This document shows positions 49,241-59,269 of a stretch of 64,000 nucleotides of DNA, piece after piece (within the stretch, counting starts at the first letter, position 1; every line of letters starts with the position of its first letter). The position numbers and the translations under genes are program-made. Location: contig CBDAVP010000007.1 of NCBI GenBank assembly GCA_965201075.1, forward strand, positions 186,001 through 250,000, written 5' to 3'. This DNA comes from Isosphaeraceae bacterium. Its GTDB lineage: Bacteria > Planctomycetota > Planctomycetia > Isosphaerales > Isosphaeraceae. The notes under the pieces are model-generated. The model saw only the letters and a list, made by a program, of their open reading frames with translations. It did not search any database and was not told where the DNA came from.

Positions 49241-49951
49241 TCAGCCGTTCCGCCGCCCCAATCGTCTCCGAAACGCCATTCCGACCCCGCAGGCCAGGCC
49301 CATGCCCAGCAAGACCAGGCCGGCCGGCTCGGGCACGGCCGAGGGGGGCGGAGGGCTCGAAACCGTGGTCGTCGGTGGAGAGTTGGTCGTGTCACTCGGC
49401 GTCGTGGTCGCACCGCCAACCGGCGATGTCGGCAGGTCGCCAGAACCGCTGGTGTTCCCGCTGGGGACGCCGATCGGCGGCGAGATGGTCTCGGCCGCCG
49501 TCGGAGTGGTCACCACCGACCCCACAGCCACGGGGGTCGGCGTCGGCGTGAGAGTTTGGGCCATCGAGGAGCGGATCGCGGCGTCACGTTCGATCGCCGG
49601 TCCCCATCCCGGGTGGTAATGGTCGAACCGCGACGGGTTGAGACTGTGCCGCCAGCGAACGTAATTCAGATAGGGCGTCGACGGCAGCATCCCGTTGACG
49701 GCCTGGATGTGCAACTCGCCGGTCAGCCGCAACTGCATGTCCTGGGCGATCGCCCGCCCCAGCGACGGATGGTTGTGAAGGAACCGCGACGGGTCGGAGG
49801 CATAGTTCAGCCGCTGGCGGTCCATCGCCTCGGTGGCCGGCAAGAGTCCCGCCACCGCCAGGCTCGCCCGCGTGCCGACGGGATGATGGGTCGCCGCGGT
49901 CGCCGAGGTACTCGCCACCAGAATCGTCAATCCCAGCCAGGCCTTGCGCAT
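49241..49951 (-). CDS. PEP-CTERM protein
   Basis: Signal peptide; Thr/Pro/Ser linker; VPEPAGLVLLGMGLACGVGMAFRRR. Confidence 0.85.
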   Translation of the reverse strand: MRKAWLGLTILVASTSATAATHHPVGTRASLAVAGLLPATEAMDRQRLNYASDPSRFLHNHPSLGRAIAQDMQLRLTGELHIQAVNGMLPSTPYLNYVRWRHSLNPSRFDHYHPGWGPAIERDAAIRSSMAQTLTPTPTPVAVGSVVTTPTAAETISPPIGVPSGNTSGSGDLPTSPVGGATTTPSDTTNSPPTTTVSSPPPPSAVPEPAGLVLLGMGLACGVGMAFRRRLGRRNG

Positions 49952-50296
49952 TGCTCGCCTTCCCGTCGCCCGATCCGGGCAATCGAAGAGTCGCATCCCT
50001 GGGACCTCACGGCGCCCGCCCCATCCTGGACCGGGAGAACTCGAACTCAGTCGTTGTCCCACCACGCATCCATTGATACTTCGCGCCCACGGGCGGATGC
50101 TAGTCCAACTGACGAAACGGGTCAATGTGACTCTCGGACCCCTGGGTAAGATGCGCGCATGCAACACGAGGTTGCCGCCCCGCCACCTTCATGAGGCGTG
50201 GCGGGAACGGGAGGGTTCCGAGGCGCGGAGGCCGGCGATCGCTAGAATGGGATCGAGGCCGAGGAGGAGGCTCCCGGCCGGGAAAGGTTGCGAACC

Positions 50297-51505
50297 ATGA
50301 AGACGATCGCCTCTCACCTCGCGACGGCCGGGGCCACACTGGCCGCCGCGGTTTTGCTCTTGGGCCTGCCGGTGACCCCAGGTCGCCCCGCCGCCCCGGC
50401 CGCGCAGTTGCCGACGCGTCACTCCCCGCCAGGGCGGGCCGATTCCGCCAGGCCCACCCCGCCGGCCCCCTCCCTGCCCGGGGAGAAGGTTGAGCCCCCC
50501 ACCATCCCCGAGGCCGTGCTCGACCGTGTCGATGCCGAGGAGGAAGACAACCTGCGGGTCTACGCCGCGGCCAATCGCGGAGTCGTCAACATCACCACGG
50601 TCGCCGAGGACGCCGACCGCTTCGGTGAGGAACCCGCCGCTGGGGGCGGTTCGGGCTCGGGCTTTGTCATCGACCGACAGGGGCACATCCTTACCAACTA
50701 CCACGTCGTCGAGGGGGCCGACTCGGTCAAGGTGGCGTTTTTCGACGGCTTCAACGCCGAGGGCCGGGTCATCGGCCGCGACCCCACCAGCGACGTGGCG
50801 GTCCTGGCCGTCAAGGCGCCGGCCGAACGCCTCTGGCCCCTGGCCCTGGGCGATTCCAATGCTCCCAAGCTCGCCGTCGGCCGCAAGGTGCTGGCCGTGG
50901 GCAACCCGTTCGGCCTGGAACGCACGCTGACCACCGGCATCATCAGCAGCCTCGACCGCTCGATTCGCGCCAAGAACGGCCGGATGATCAAGGGGGTCAT
51001 TCAGACCGACGCGGCCATCAATCCGGGCAACTCGGGAGGGCCGCTGCTCGACTCCCGGGGACGGGTTATCGGCATCACCACGGCGATCCTCAGCAGCGTC
51101 GGGCAGTCCTCGGGAATCGGCTTCGCCATCCCGATCGGTTCGATCCGACGCATCCTTCGCCCCTTGATCGAACAGGGACGAGTGGTCCGCGCTGACCTGG
51201 GAATCCTCCGAGTCTTCACGACCGACGGTGGCCTCCTCCTGCTGGACCTCGCCGACGACGGACCAGCCTCCCGGGCCGGCCTCCGAGCGATCCAGACCCG
51301 AACCGAGCGCATCGGGCCTTACCTGCGCCGCCGGCTCGATCCCGAAACCGCCGACCTCCTGATCGCCGTCGACGACGTCCCCATCAAGTCGGTCGACGAC
51401 CTGCTCTCGGAGGTCGAATCCCACTCCCCGGGTCAGACCGTCACCGTGACAGTGATCCGCCAGGGGGAAAAGGTTGAGGTGGAAGTCACCCTCGGCCAAT
51501 CCTGA
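50297..51505 (+). CDS. S1C (HtrA/HhoA-like) serine protease, one PDZ
   Basis: GSGSGF, LTNYHVV, SDVAVL, GNPFGL, IQTDAAINPGNSGGPL. Confidence 0.92.
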   Translation: MKTIASHLATAGATLAAAVLLLGLPVTPGRPAAPAAQLPTRHSPPGRADSARPTPPAPSLPGEKVEPPTIPEAVLDRVDAEEEDNLRVYAAANRGVVNITTVAEDADRFGEEPAAGGGSGSGFVIDRQGHILTNYHVVEGADSVKVAFFDGFNAEGRVIGRDPTSDVAVLAVKAPAERLWPLALGDSNAPKLAVGRKVLAVGNPFGLERTLTTGIISSLDRSIRAKNGRMIKGVIQTDAAINPGNSGGPLLDSRGRVIGITTAILSSVGQSSGIGFAIPIGSIRRILRPLIEQGRVVRADLGILRVFTTDGGLLLLDLADDGPASRAGLRAIQTRTERIGPYLRRRLDPETADLLIAVDDVPIKSVDDLLSEVESHSPGQTVTVTVIRQGEKVEVEVTLGQS

Positions 51506-51716
51506 CCAGGGCCGGCCGCGACGCCGGGGGACCACTCGGCCGGGCCAATCCCTCTGGACGACCTCGCCGGCCGTCCCGCGGGTTCAATCCGCGGTCGACT
51601 TGGTAGACTCATTCTGGCCTGTCACCTCAGCCCACCCTCTGGGTATTCAAGGGGTGCGAAGTTAGGATGCGCCTGGATCTCCCCCCCCCGGTCACTCGTA
51701 GCGAGAGGATCCAATC

Positions 51717-52760
51717 ATGGGCCAATGGGACCACCTCAAAAGCAAGTCCGTGAGTCGGGGCCTGAATGCGGGACTTCAGGATGATCTGCGACTGAGCCAT
51801 TCCGAAGTTGTCGACATCATCCGGGCGACCCTCAGCAACGGCAACGTCAGTTCCGAAGAGTTGGACGACCTGTCGACCATCGCGGACGTGTCCCGGACGC
51901 TTTCGGCCCGTTCGCAGCGGCTCTTGCGGACGTTCGTGGCGACGATCCGGACGACCATGCCCGGCTGGGGTCCGTACCGCCTGCCGACGGAGATGCATCG
52001 CCTTGCCGCCGACATGGCCTGTGACTACCTCCAGCGGCAAGGCCGGACCTACTTCCCCAAGCTGGAGCGGGACGAGGTCGGCGTCGGCTTGTTGATGCGG
52101 ATCGCCCGCCCCGGGCTGATGAACCAGTCGGCCGCGAGTCTCTGCGGGCCAATGTCGTTCCTCTACAACATCGCCTCCGACCGGCCGATCCGCTATGCCT
52201 CCTACGCGATTGAACTCTACGAACTGGGAAAGTCGACGATCGGCCGAGTTTCCATCGAGCCGGGCGAGGGCGTCCGCGGATTCACGCCGCCCCGGGACAT
52301 GGCCCAGATCGACTGGCTGACAGCGGCCAGCCTGCGTGACTCGGAAAACTGGTTCTTCGACTATGACGACGACCAGCAGGAGATGGCGGGGATCACCATG
52401 CCAGGCGAACTGGCCCTCTGGTTCACGCGGGCCGGCTACACCCAGGTCCAGAACGAGACGAACGTCTCCCTGAACAAGGATGCCAGCGACATCGATGCCG
52501 CCAACCGGCTCCTGGCCGACGGCTACCGCGTCTGCCTGTTCATCGATGCCGAGATGCTGAACGCCAGCGAGCAGAAAGCCAGCCCGATCCTCGCGAACCA
52601 CTGGGTCGTCCTCCGATCGCCCATCAGCCGGGCGGCCGGCAAGGTCACCATGAAGGTCTTCACCTGGGGACAGGGTGAGTACCAGGTCCCGCAAGGCGAC
52701 GACCTGGCGCTGGCCGACTTCCTGAACAAGTTCTACGGCTACGTGGCGGCCAAACCCTGA
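51717..52760 (+). CDS. Hypothetical protein, putative papain-like cysteine peptidase
   Basis: GAGAGG RBS; NQSAASLCGP, NHWVV and FTWG in papain-like order. Confidence 0.55.
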   Translation: MGQWDHLKSKSVSRGLNAGLQDDLRLSHSEVVDIIRATLSNGNVSSEELDDLSTIADVSRTLSARSQRLLRTFVATIRTTMPGWGPYRLPTEMHRLAADMACDYLQRQGRTYFPKLERDEVGVGLLMRIARPGLMNQSAASLCGPMSFLYNIASDRPIRYASYAIELYELGKSTIGRVSIEPGEGVRGFTPPRDMAQIDWLTAASLRDSENWFFDYDDDQQEMAGITMPGELALWFTRAGYTQVQNETNVSLNKDASDIDAANRLLADGYRVCLFIDAEMLNASEQKASPILANHWVVLRSPISRAAGKVTMKVFTWGQGEYQVPQGDDLALADFLNKFYGYVAAKP

Positions 52761-52801
52761 TTGGGCCACTTCGGCAACGGGACGGAAGCCCCACGCTCCC
52801 G

Positions 52802-53101
52802 TCAGGGCTTCGGCTGGAACGCGGCGTGGGGGGCCAGCGGGAAAATCTGGGGCTGGGCGTAATGGTGTTTGATGAGCGGAAAGCTGTCGATCATCGTTCG
52901 CAAATGCTCCGGCGACTCCGCCTCGAACAGCACGACGCCTCCCCGGGTCTGGGTGTCGAGCGCCCAAACCTGCCGGAGCCCCCCGCCCGCGTAAAGAACA
53001 CGGACCTGGGCTTGTTCCTCGAGTTCGCGATCGGCGAAGTCGGCGGGCATTCCCTCGTCCGCGAACCGAGGATTGGGTGTGAAGACGACCAGGAATTGCA
53101 T
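52802..53101 (-). CDS. Muconolactone-delta-isomerase-like small alpha/beta protein
   Basis: 99 aa; E..VRVLY..G.LRQVW, GVVLFEAES..L...IDSFPL. Confidence 0.7.
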   Translation of the reverse strand: MQFLVVFTPNPRFADEGMPADFADRELEEQAQVRVLYAGGGLRQVWALDTQTRGGVVLFEAESPEHLRTMIDSFPLIKHHYAQPQIFPLAPHAAFQPKP

Positions 53102-53223
53102 CGGCGGACCTCCGTCGGACGGCCTCGGGATTCACTCCGGGGCATCGTATGTGCGATCCCGGGGTCAGCCAAGACGGCGGATTGTTCTGACTGAGTTCGA
53201 AATTTCCAACCGGAGGCGAGGCG

Positions 53224-53559
53224 ATGCCACCGAGCGCCCAGGGGGAATGCCCCGTCGAGGTCGTGCTGGAACTGCTCAAGGGAAAGTGGAAGCCGTTGCT
53301 GATGCACCACCTGAACCAAGGCACCCACAGGTTCAGTCAACTGCGTCGGTTGTTACCCGAGGCGACCCAGCAAATGCTGACGCTCCACCTTCGAGAGTTG
53401 GAGCGGGACGGTCTCATCCGCCGCGAAGTCTTCGCCCAGGTCCCGCCCAAGGTCGAATATTCCCTGACCGAAACCGGCCGCAGCCTTGGCCCGGTGGTCG
53501 AGGCGATGGCCCTCTGGGGGGAGTCCTACTCCCGGACAAGGTCGGCGCCATCAGCTTGA
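53224..53559 (+). CDS. HxlR-family winged-helix transcriptional regulator
   Basis: CPVE..L..GKWK, RFSQL, QQMLT..LRELE.DGL, VPPKVEYSLT. Confidence 0.93.
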   Translation: MPPSAQGECPVEVVLELLKGKWKPLLMHHLNQGTHRFSQLRRLLPEATQQMLTLHLRELERDGLIRREVFAQVPPKVEYSLTETGRSLGPVVEAMALWGESYSRTRSAPSA

Positions 53560-53646
53560 ATCGCGGGATCCTCCGAGGGAGCAAGCATGTCGCGTCACTC
53601 GACACCGGGGGCCCAAGCCGGGCCACGTGTCGCCGGGACCGGTCCG

Positions 53647-55644
53647 TTAACGTTTTGAAGCCGACGAAGCCAGGGCCTTGGTCGGCGTGTCGAACGGCGC
53701 GGCAACCGGAGCGACCAGGCTGTTGTCGTGAACCAACGCCCCGACCTCGCCCACGAAGAAGTCGTGGTCCTCGGCGATCTCCATGTTGTACACCGGTTGG
53801 ATCTTTTCCGGCTCGCTCGCCGTCACCCGGGACGTCCCGCCCAGGGTCCTCACCGGGTCGCCGACCTTGAGTTCCCGGGCCATCACCCACCCCTGACCCG
53901 GCTTCCAGAACCGGTGGATACCCGTGACGACGACCGGGGCCTGACCGTCGAGGGTTAACTTGAGGGTCGGGGCCGGTGCGTTGTGGAAGATCGCCAGGAC
54001 GGGGCGAAACGCCAGCGAGCCCGTCGTCGTGTCCTGACCCAGCACGCGATCCCCGGCGCGGAGGGTCTCGATCGGCCGGAGCCCCTCTAAGGTCCGCACC
54101 ATCGTTCCGGCCCCAAAGCAGGAATGGTGGACGACGGCCCGCACGGCCTCGGTGAAGTAATTGACGGGCTGTTCCTCTGCCAACTCGATCGTGGGAATCG
54201 ATTGAGGTCTGGAGTAAGCATACCCCTGCTGGTCGAGCCACCAGGCCTGCCACGTTTGGGGATTTTCGCCGAATTTCTGCCCGGTGGTGGTCTCAAGGAC
54301 CATGAGCGTCCGCTCATTGTCCGCCTTGATCGAGGCGTTGGCGGCCTTGATCGCCGCGACGTCCCTCCGCATCTGTTCCTGGGCCTGCAAGGTCGATTGG
54401 TGAATCGCCTCTTCCTGGGCCATGATCTGTGCATCGCGCTGATTGGCCGCGAATTTCTGCTGCATCACAAGCGTCGAGGATGTTGAGGTAGATATGAAGA
54501 TGGCCGGAAAAGAACCCCACCCAAACATCTCGTATTCGTCGCGGAATCCCGTTATGTACATGGCTCCATAATAAGGGTCGTCGATGGTGGCGCGAGTCCC
54601 GTAGAGTCTGGGAATCTGGGCGGCTAGCGGCAGACTGTACAACCTTCGGACGTTGTACTTCTCCCCTTCCAGGAACAGAACGCCGTCCGATTCTGGCCCC
54701 TCAACCATCCGAACTTCATACTTTAAAGGCTTACGGACCAGGGCGATCACCATCCCGAGGAACTCCCGAGCATCCCGTCTCCGCAAAGTTTCCGTCGCCA
54801 GCCGTCGCACATCCGCCGAGGGGCTGGCCACCGCCAGGAACGCCAAAGCCTGCGACGCCTCGGGCGATTGCACCTGGCCCAGCAACTGCACCGCCCGCCG
54901 CTGGTCGGCCTCCTTGCCCGTGGCGAACACCCGCCAGATCGACGGCACCGCGTCCGGGTCGGTCAGGCCGTTAAGCTGAACCTCGGCCTCGGCGGATCTC
55001 TCGGGCTTGCCCAGCGACGCCCTCCACGACGTCAGCAGAGGTCGCCAACGCTTGTCCGCCTGGCGACGCGACTCGGCCACGACCTTGGCGGCGGCCACCT
55101 GCTCCTCATTGGCCCAACGCCCATCCTTCTGCCGGGTGAAGCCCAACCGCCGCCAGGCCGCCTCCCGTTTGGGGTTGATCCGCGTCACGGCCGTCAGGTG
55201 AGCCGTCGCCTCGGGCTTCAACCCGTGCTCCTCGCACCACAACGCCAGTCGCCACTGCGAATCCTCGGTCTCGCTGGCCGCCTCGCGACGACGGTTGTAC
55301 TCGGCCAGGGTCGCCGACAACTCGCCGTCATGCTGGACCCGGGCGGCGACGGCCTCAGGCTTGCGCCACCGGCCTCCCTCGTCGGCGACCAGACCCATCA
55401 GGCCCCGAGCGACGGGGTGTGCGGGGTTGGCTAGCAGGGCGAGAGCCAGGTGTTTGAGGCGTTCGGCGGTCATGCCGCGAGCCTCGCACCAAAGGGCCAG
55501 CCGCACCTGGGCGTCAGGGTCGCGCAACGCCCGGGACGCCGCGACCCGATACTCCTGGGCATCGGCCACGGGGTCGCCAGCGGGATTGGCCTCGGGTTCG
55601 GCGGCTAGCAGCGCCGAGACAAGGACCAAGGGCAGCAACAGCAT
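53647..55644 (-). CDS. Secreted helical/HEAT protein with C-terminal polymorphic-toxin-type Hint (bacterial intein-like) domain
   Basis: Signal peptide; two LALWCE repeats; HEAT unit; Hint domain CFGAGT..RPIE.L..GD.V..TGIHRFW..VYNMEI..H.FFVG..LVHDN. Confidence 0.85.
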   Translation of the reverse strand: MLLLPLVLVSALLAAEPEANPAGDPVADAQEYRVAASRALRDPDAQVRLALWCEARGMTAERLKHLALALLANPAHPVARGLMGLVADEGGRWRKPEAVAARVQHDGELSATLAEYNRRREAASETEDSQWRLALWCEEHGLKPEATAHLTAVTRINPKREAAWRRLGFTRQKDGRWANEEQVAAAKVVAESRRQADKRWRPLLTSWRASLGKPERSAEAEVQLNGLTDPDAVPSIWRVFATGKEADQRRAVQLLGQVQSPEASQALAFLAVASPSADVRRLATETLRRRDAREFLGMVIALVRKPLKYEVRMVEGPESDGVLFLEGEKYNVRRLYSLPLAAQIPRLYGTRATIDDPYYGAMYITGFRDEYEMFGWGSFPAIFISTSTSSTLVMQQKFAANQRDAQIMAQEEAIHQSTLQAQEQMRRDVAAIKAANASIKADNERTLMVLETTTGQKFGENPQTWQAWWLDQQGYAYSRPQSIPTIELAEEQPVNYFTEAVRAVVHHSCFGAGTMVRTLEGLRPIETLRAGDRVLGQDTTTGSLAFRPVLAIFHNAPAPTLKLTLDGQAPVVVTGIHRFWKPGQGWVMARELKVGDPVRTLGGTSRVTASEPEKIQPVYNMEIAEDHDFFVGEVGALVHDNSLVAPVAAPFDTPTKALASSASKR

Positions 55645-56001
55645 CGGGACCCCCCCGCGGATCGACGGCCACGCTTTTGGTTCACGCCTCGCACCTTTCC
55701 CCTAAAGCAACCGCCGCGCCGCCGTCTCGTTCGCGGTCACCCCTCAAGCCGAATTTCGCCAAAGCCTGCGATGGTCGGATCAAACGATTGTCCAGGCGAG
55801 CGACCGACAAGGATGAACCACCCCAACCCATTCCCAGGCTGCGTGAGAATCCTGGCGAGAGCGTCACGAACCTGGTGCCAACCGCTCTCGTGAGGGAAGT
55901 TGCACCGACGGAGTCGGCGTGCCACAATTCCGGACCGCGTGCCCGGAGGCGCGGGGATCGCCCATCGCGTCCACCGACCCGGCCCGAGGGACGCCACTGT
56001 C

Positions 56002-56784
56002 ATGACCCCAGCCCCCGAGCCGGTCTCGTTCGCCGTCGCCGTGGCGATCCCCTGCTTCAACGAGGCGGCGGCGATCGTCGCGGTCCTCCAACAATGGCGA
56101 GACGCCCTGCCGACGGCCGAGTTGGTGGTCTTCGACAACGCCTCCAACGACGGCACCGGCGATCTGGCCCGAGACTGGGGAGCCCGGGTGGTGCCCGTGC
56201 CGAACCGCGGCAAGGGAAACGCCGTGGCTGCCGCCTTTGCCGACCTGGCCGGGCAAGACGCGATCATCCTGGTCGACGGCGACGGAACCTACCCCGCCCA
56301 CGAGATCGCCCGCCTGCTGACCCCGGTCCTCTCCGGAGACGCCGACATGGCCGTCGGAGCCCGCCAACCTGAGCAAGGCGCCGGGGCGATGTCGCCCTTG
56401 AGGGGGCTCGGCAACGTGCTGATCCGCTCGGCCTTTTTCCTCCTGATCGGCGCCGGGCCGGGCGACCTGCTCTCGGGCTACCGAGTTTTCAGCCGGCGGT
56501 TCCTCAAAACCGTCCATCCGAGGTCGACCGGCTTCGAGATCGAGGCCGAACTCGCCTGCGAGGCCGTCGCCCGGGGCCTGCGCACGGTCGAAATCCCCGT
56601 CCCCTACCATCCCCGGATCGCCGGCACCACCAGCAAGCTCCGGGCCTTCCGGGACGGCCGCCGCATCCTCGCCATGATCGCCACCCAGGGCCTCCGCCAC
56701 CGCCCCATGCGGTTAGCTCTACTCATCACGCTGGCCATCGCCTTCGCCGCCGCGAGCCTCATGGGGATCGTGGCCCGGGGCTGA
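56002..56784 (+). CDS. GT2 glycosyltransferase (DPM-synthase-like)
   Basis: IPCFNE, DNASNDGT, NRGKG, VDGDGTY, DLLSGYR, GFEIE; C-terminal TM. Confidence 0.9.
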   Translation: MTPAPEPVSFAVAVAIPCFNEAAAIVAVLQQWRDALPTAELVVFDNASNDGTGDLARDWGARVVPVPNRGKGNAVAAAFADLAGQDAIILVDGDGTYPAHEIARLLTPVLSGDADMAVGARQPEQGAGAMSPLRGLGNVLIRSAFFLLIGAGPGDLLSGYRVFSRRFLKTVHPRSTGFEIEAELACEAVARGLRTVEIPVPYHPRIAGTTSKLRAFRDGRRILAMIATQGLRHRPMRLALLITLAIAFAAASLMGIVARG

Positions 56785-56800
56785 CCGGGACCGTCTCGTT

Positions 56801-59269
56801 CTACGACTTCCGCCCGATTGTGGCACCCGGGATCGACGCCAGCGCCCGGACCAGCGCCTCGCGAGTGACGGGCTTCTCCAGATAGCCATCCACCCCCGCG
56901 TCGCCGATTCGCCGCTGATTAACCACGGACACGTCGCCGGTCAGGGCGTAGATCGGGATGGCGCGCGTCGTCTCGTCGGCGCGGAGGGCCAGGGTGGCGT
57001 CGATTCCGTCCATAATCGGCAGATTCACGTCCATCAAAATCGCCAGGGGACGTTCCTCTCGGGCCAAGGTCAAGGCGTCGCGACCGTTGCCCGCCTCCAC
57101 GGTCCGATAACCCATGCGGCCCAGCACCCGGCACAATGCCTGGCGACTGCTGAGGTGGTCCTCGACGATCAGGATCGCGGCACCGTCGGGTCTCGTCGAG
57201 GAGGGCGCGGCGTTCGGCGGCGCAGGAACGGCCTCGGCCGGCGCCACGGCACCCCCCTCGGACGCGGCGACCACCATCGAGGCGGGCAACACCAGCGTGA
57301 ACGTGCTTCCACGGCCGGGAGCACTATCGAGGAGAATCTCCCCTTTGAGCAGACTGGCCAGCCGCCGGCAAATGGACAGGCCCAGCCCCGTTCCCTCCCC
57401 GGGGCCTCGGTCGGACCGGCTCACCGTCGCGAATTCATCGAAGATCCGCGACTGGTCGGCCGGGTCGATCCCCAGACCGGTGTCCTCGACCGACAGCCGC
57501 AACTGGTCGGCCGTCCGACCGCCCTGAAGCCGAATCGACCCGGAGTCAGTGTATCGCAGGGCGTTGGACAGGAAGTTGCAAAGGATCTGCTTCAGCTTCG
57601 CCCGGTCGGTCTCCAGCACCAGCACGGCCAGGCCGTCGGGGTCCAGAGTCACGGCCAGCCCCTTGGCGCGAGCCTGACCCTCCACGCTGGAAAGGCACTC
57701 GGCCAGTGTCGGGACGACCTCGAACCGGGAAATCTCCACCGATGTCACCCCGGAGTCGATCCGGGTCAGGTTCAGCACATCGTTGAGCAGGTCCAGCACG
57801 TTTCCCACCGCGTTGCGGATGGTCGTGAGGCAGTGCTGGATTTCGGGGTCGATCGGGTCCTTGTGCGCCATCTCCAGAAGCTGGACCGAAAGCACCACCG
57901 CGTTCAGGGGGGTGCGGGCATCGTGGGACAGCGCCGCCAACAACCGAGACTTGTGCAGCGACAACTCCTCGGCCACCGCTTTCTGCTGCTCCAACGCCCG
58001 TTCCAGGTCGATCCGATCGGTAATGTCCAGGCAGGTCCCCAGATACCCGGCGATGTCTCTGCGGGCGTTGACGAACGGGACCACCCGCGTCGTGACCGAG
58101 CGATACAGCCCATCGCGTTTCAGGAGACGCAGCGTCCGCTCGACCGGTTCGAACCGATCCCCGGCGCGGGCCAGGGCCTCCCGATAGGACTCGCGGTCAT
58201 CGGGGTGGAGGCAGCCTTCCCAGGCGTCCCCGGCCAGGTCTTCCAACTCTCGACCGACGAAGTCGCAGAGTCGGCGGTTGCCGAAATCGAAGTGACCCCG
58301 GGCGTCCAGACGCCAGATCAGGGCTGGCGATTGCTCGACGATCAGCCGAGTTCGGGCGTCGCTCGCGGCCAACTCTGCTTCCAGCACCTTGCGAGCGGTA
58401 ATGTCATGAACCACCGAGACCGCCCCGCCGATGGCCCCCACAGCGTTGAGGAGTGGCGAGGCGCTGAGGGTGACGACCCGCTCCCGACCCGCGATCGGCC
58501 AGTGAGCCTCCTCCTGGTCGACCACCTCGCCAGTCAGGGCGCGGGCGATCGGCAGGGCGTCGGGGCCATACACCGAGCCATCCGGACGGAACAGCGTATA
58601 CACCGCGTTCGGCAGCCGGACGTTGACCCGCCCCAGCACTTCACCCGCCTCAAGCCCCTGGAACCGCTCGGCCTCGCGGTTCAACCCGACAACCACCCCC
58701 TGGGCATCCGCCACCCAGACCCCCACCGGCAGGCAGTCCAATATCGTTCTCAACTTGGAACGCTCGGCCTCGGCGGCGATCCACGAATCCTCCAGAGCCT
58801 CCTGGCGGCGGTCGGCCTCGCTTCGGGCCAGCAACGTCTCGGAACGGCTGACCTCCTGGAACCGCCTCACAGCCTCCACCTCGGCTTCGCCCACCACCTC
58901 GTCGATGACCGCAAGCGCCGCCTCCAGGGCGTCCAGGTTGAACTCCACCTCACGGGCACAGTTCAGCGTCGCCCTCATCAGCGTCTCACGCAGATGCCCC
59001 AGCTCGCCCACCATCTCGGCCAGGTCGTAACCCTGCCGCCATCGCATCTGCCCGTGCTTGCGGCCCTCGTCCACTCCGTCCACCGACTGGCCCCGCAACC
59101 GCTGGGCCAGGCTTTCCAGCAGTTCGGGGATATGGTCGGCGAACTCGTCCCGAGAGAGCCGGCGGGCGTCGGCGACATTCCCCCCACGCTCGGCGGCCTC
59201 CCGCCAGGCGGCGAGGATCACGTCGGTCCGGGTATCCAGGTGATCCGCCAGCAAGGCGGGTCCGTTCAT
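56801..59269 (-). CDS. Cytoplasmic hybrid sensor histidine kinase (RsbRD_N-like, 2 PAS, HisKA, HATPase, REC)
   Basis: HGQMRWRQGYD; LSHDARTPLN; NFLSNALRY; DTGLGI; GTGLGL; REC IVED..LMDVNLPIMDG..EKP. Confidence 0.92.
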   Translation of the reverse strand: MNGPALLADHLDTRTDVILAAWREAAERGGNVADARRLSRDEFADHIPELLESLAQRLRGQSVDGVDEGRKHGQMRWRQGYDLAEMVGELGHLRETLMRATLNCAREVEFNLDALEAALAVIDEVVGEAEVEAVRRFQEVSRSETLLARSEADRRQEALEDSWIAAEAERSKLRTILDCLPVGVWVADAQGVVVGLNREAERFQGLEAGEVLGRVNVRLPNAVYTLFRPDGSVYGPDALPIARALTGEVVDQEEAHWPIAGRERVVTLSASPLLNAVGAIGGAVSVVHDITARKVLEAELAASDARTRLIVEQSPALIWRLDARGHFDFGNRRLCDFVGRELEDLAGDAWEGCLHPDDRESYREALARAGDRFEPVERTLRLLKRDGLYRSVTTRVVPFVNARRDIAGYLGTCLDITDRIDLERALEQQKAVAEELSLHKSRLLAALSHDARTPLNAVVLSVQLLEMAHKDPIDPEIQHCLTTIRNAVGNVLDLLNDVLNLTRIDSGVTSVEISRFEVVPTLAECLSSVEGQARAKGLAVTLDPDGLAVLVLETDRAKLKQILCNFLSNALRYTDSGSIRLQGGRTADQLRLSVEDTGLGIDPADQSRIFDEFATVSRSDRGPGEGTGLGLSICRRLASLLKGEILLDSAPGRGSTFTLVLPASMVVAASEGGAVAPAEAVPAPPNAAPSSTRPDGAAILIVEDHLSSRQALCRVLGRMGYRTVEAGNGRDALTLAREERPLAILMDVNLPIMDGIDATLALRADETTRAIPIYALTGDVSVVNQRRIGDAGVDGYLEKPVTREALVRALASIPGATIGRKS

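Noticed and set aside
50159..50180. Sigma54 promoter for the PEP-CTERM gene (minus strand GG...TTGC)
   Set aside because: GG-to-GC spacing is 12 nt rather than the required 10.
7719..51505. Three trypsin-like proteases as one system
   Set aside because: They are ~20 kb apart with different architectures, and the family is abundant in planctomycetes.
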